DNA from: Geotalea uraniireducens Rf4
GTDB lineage: Bacteria; Desulfobacterota; Desulfuromonadia; Geobacterales; Geobacteraceae
DNA: 32,000 bases
Assembly (NCBI RefSeq): GCF_000016745.1
Contig: NC_009483.1
Coordinates: 4,440,001 to 4,472,000 of the forward strand
Reading direction: 5' to 3'
The notes beneath the pieces are model-generated. The model had not been told where the DNA came from. It searched no databases and worked only from the letters and a program-made list of their open reading frames with translations. The translations under genes and the position numbers were made by a program. This document shows, in pieces, positions 31,416 to 32,000 of this stretch (the stretch's first letter is position 1; each line of letters begins with the position of its first letter).

Positions 31416-32000
31416 TCACATATACCCATCCTTCCTCAGCTTCTCCATCCCCCGGTCCGCATCCTGTGCCCTGCCGGAGCGTTCCGCAACCTTTGTGTTG
31501 CGCAGTTCCGCGATGATTTCATCCACATTCTTCGCCTTCGATTGAATGGTGCCGGTACAGGGCGCGCAACCGAGACTTCGATAGCGGGTCCCGTTCCCCT
31601 GGTCAAAATAGAGCGGGATGACCGGAATATTTTCTTTCTTGATGTATTCCCAGATATTGATCTCGGTCCAATCCAGGAGGGGATGGATCCGGACATGGGT
31701 GCCCGGCTCGAACCGGGTTTTGAACTGGTCCCACAACTCGGGTGGCTGCTCGCGGAAATCCCAGTCGTTGTTCTTGTCACGGGGAGAAAAATAACGCTCC
31801 TTTGCCCTGGTTCCTTCCTCATCGGAACGGACGCCGACAATGACCCCGTTGTACCCCTTATCGGCAAGGGTTCGGCTCAAGCCTTCGGTTTTAAGTGCGG
31901 TGCAGCACTCCATTCTACCCAGGGAAGGGTTCATGCCAGCCTCAAGGGCTTGCCGGTTCTGCCCCACCACCAGGGTCAAGCCCCATTCCTCGGCCAGCCT
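31416..32000 (-). CDS. cysD: Sulfate adenylyltransferase subunit 2 (CysD); the N-terminus runs off the right edge of the window
   Basis: ...[91 protein letters not shown]. The frame stays open to position 32000, so the track ATG at 31979 is internal. Confidence 0.9.
   Translation of the reverse strand, partial: RLAEEWGLTLVVGQNRQALEAGMNPSLGRMECCTALKTEGLSRTLADKGYNGVIVGVRSDEEGTRAKERYFSPRDKNNDWDFREQPPELWDQFKTRFEPGTHVRIHPLLDWTEINIWEYIKKENIPVIPLYFDQGNGTRYRSLGCAPCTGTIQSKAKNVDEIIAELRNTKVAERSGRAQDADRGMEKLRKDGYM

Overview
Almost all real genes are on the minus strand. Positions 1-21707 hold an ABC-transporter (Wzm/Wzt)-dependent surface-glycan (O-antigen/CPS-like) cluster. It contains a partial GT4, gmd, a roughly 1350-aa enzyme made of three fused GT4 modules, GT2 and GT9 enzymes, two SAM methyltransferases, a radical SAM/SPASM enzyme and a sulfotransferase. 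Its Wzt carries a second sulfotransferase-like domain after the carbohydrate-binding module. Positions 19.5-32 kb are an accessory stretch. It holds three type II toxin-antitoxin modules (one with a truncated toxin), an IS3-family element, an IS481-like element, an exported protein, and the sulfate-activation genes cysD (partial) and cysNC. The most unusual content is intergenic: about ten arrays of tandem heptanucleotide repeats from four sequence families (CTCAC/GTGAG, GGGATCT/GTTCCCN, CCCCAGT, GGTCGAT/GACCGCC). Three paralogous four-helix-bundle genes of the 23S-rRNA-IVS-protein / Avd family are each bracketed by such arrays. They sit in or next to operon junctions: between wzm and wzt, between cysD and cysNC, and next to a TA pair. 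Base composition is visibly mosaic, with AT-rich cluster genes between GC-rich gmd and wzm. All calls come from reading the translations and the sequence by eye. No database search, alignment program or RNA-folding tool was run, and I cannot identify the organism.
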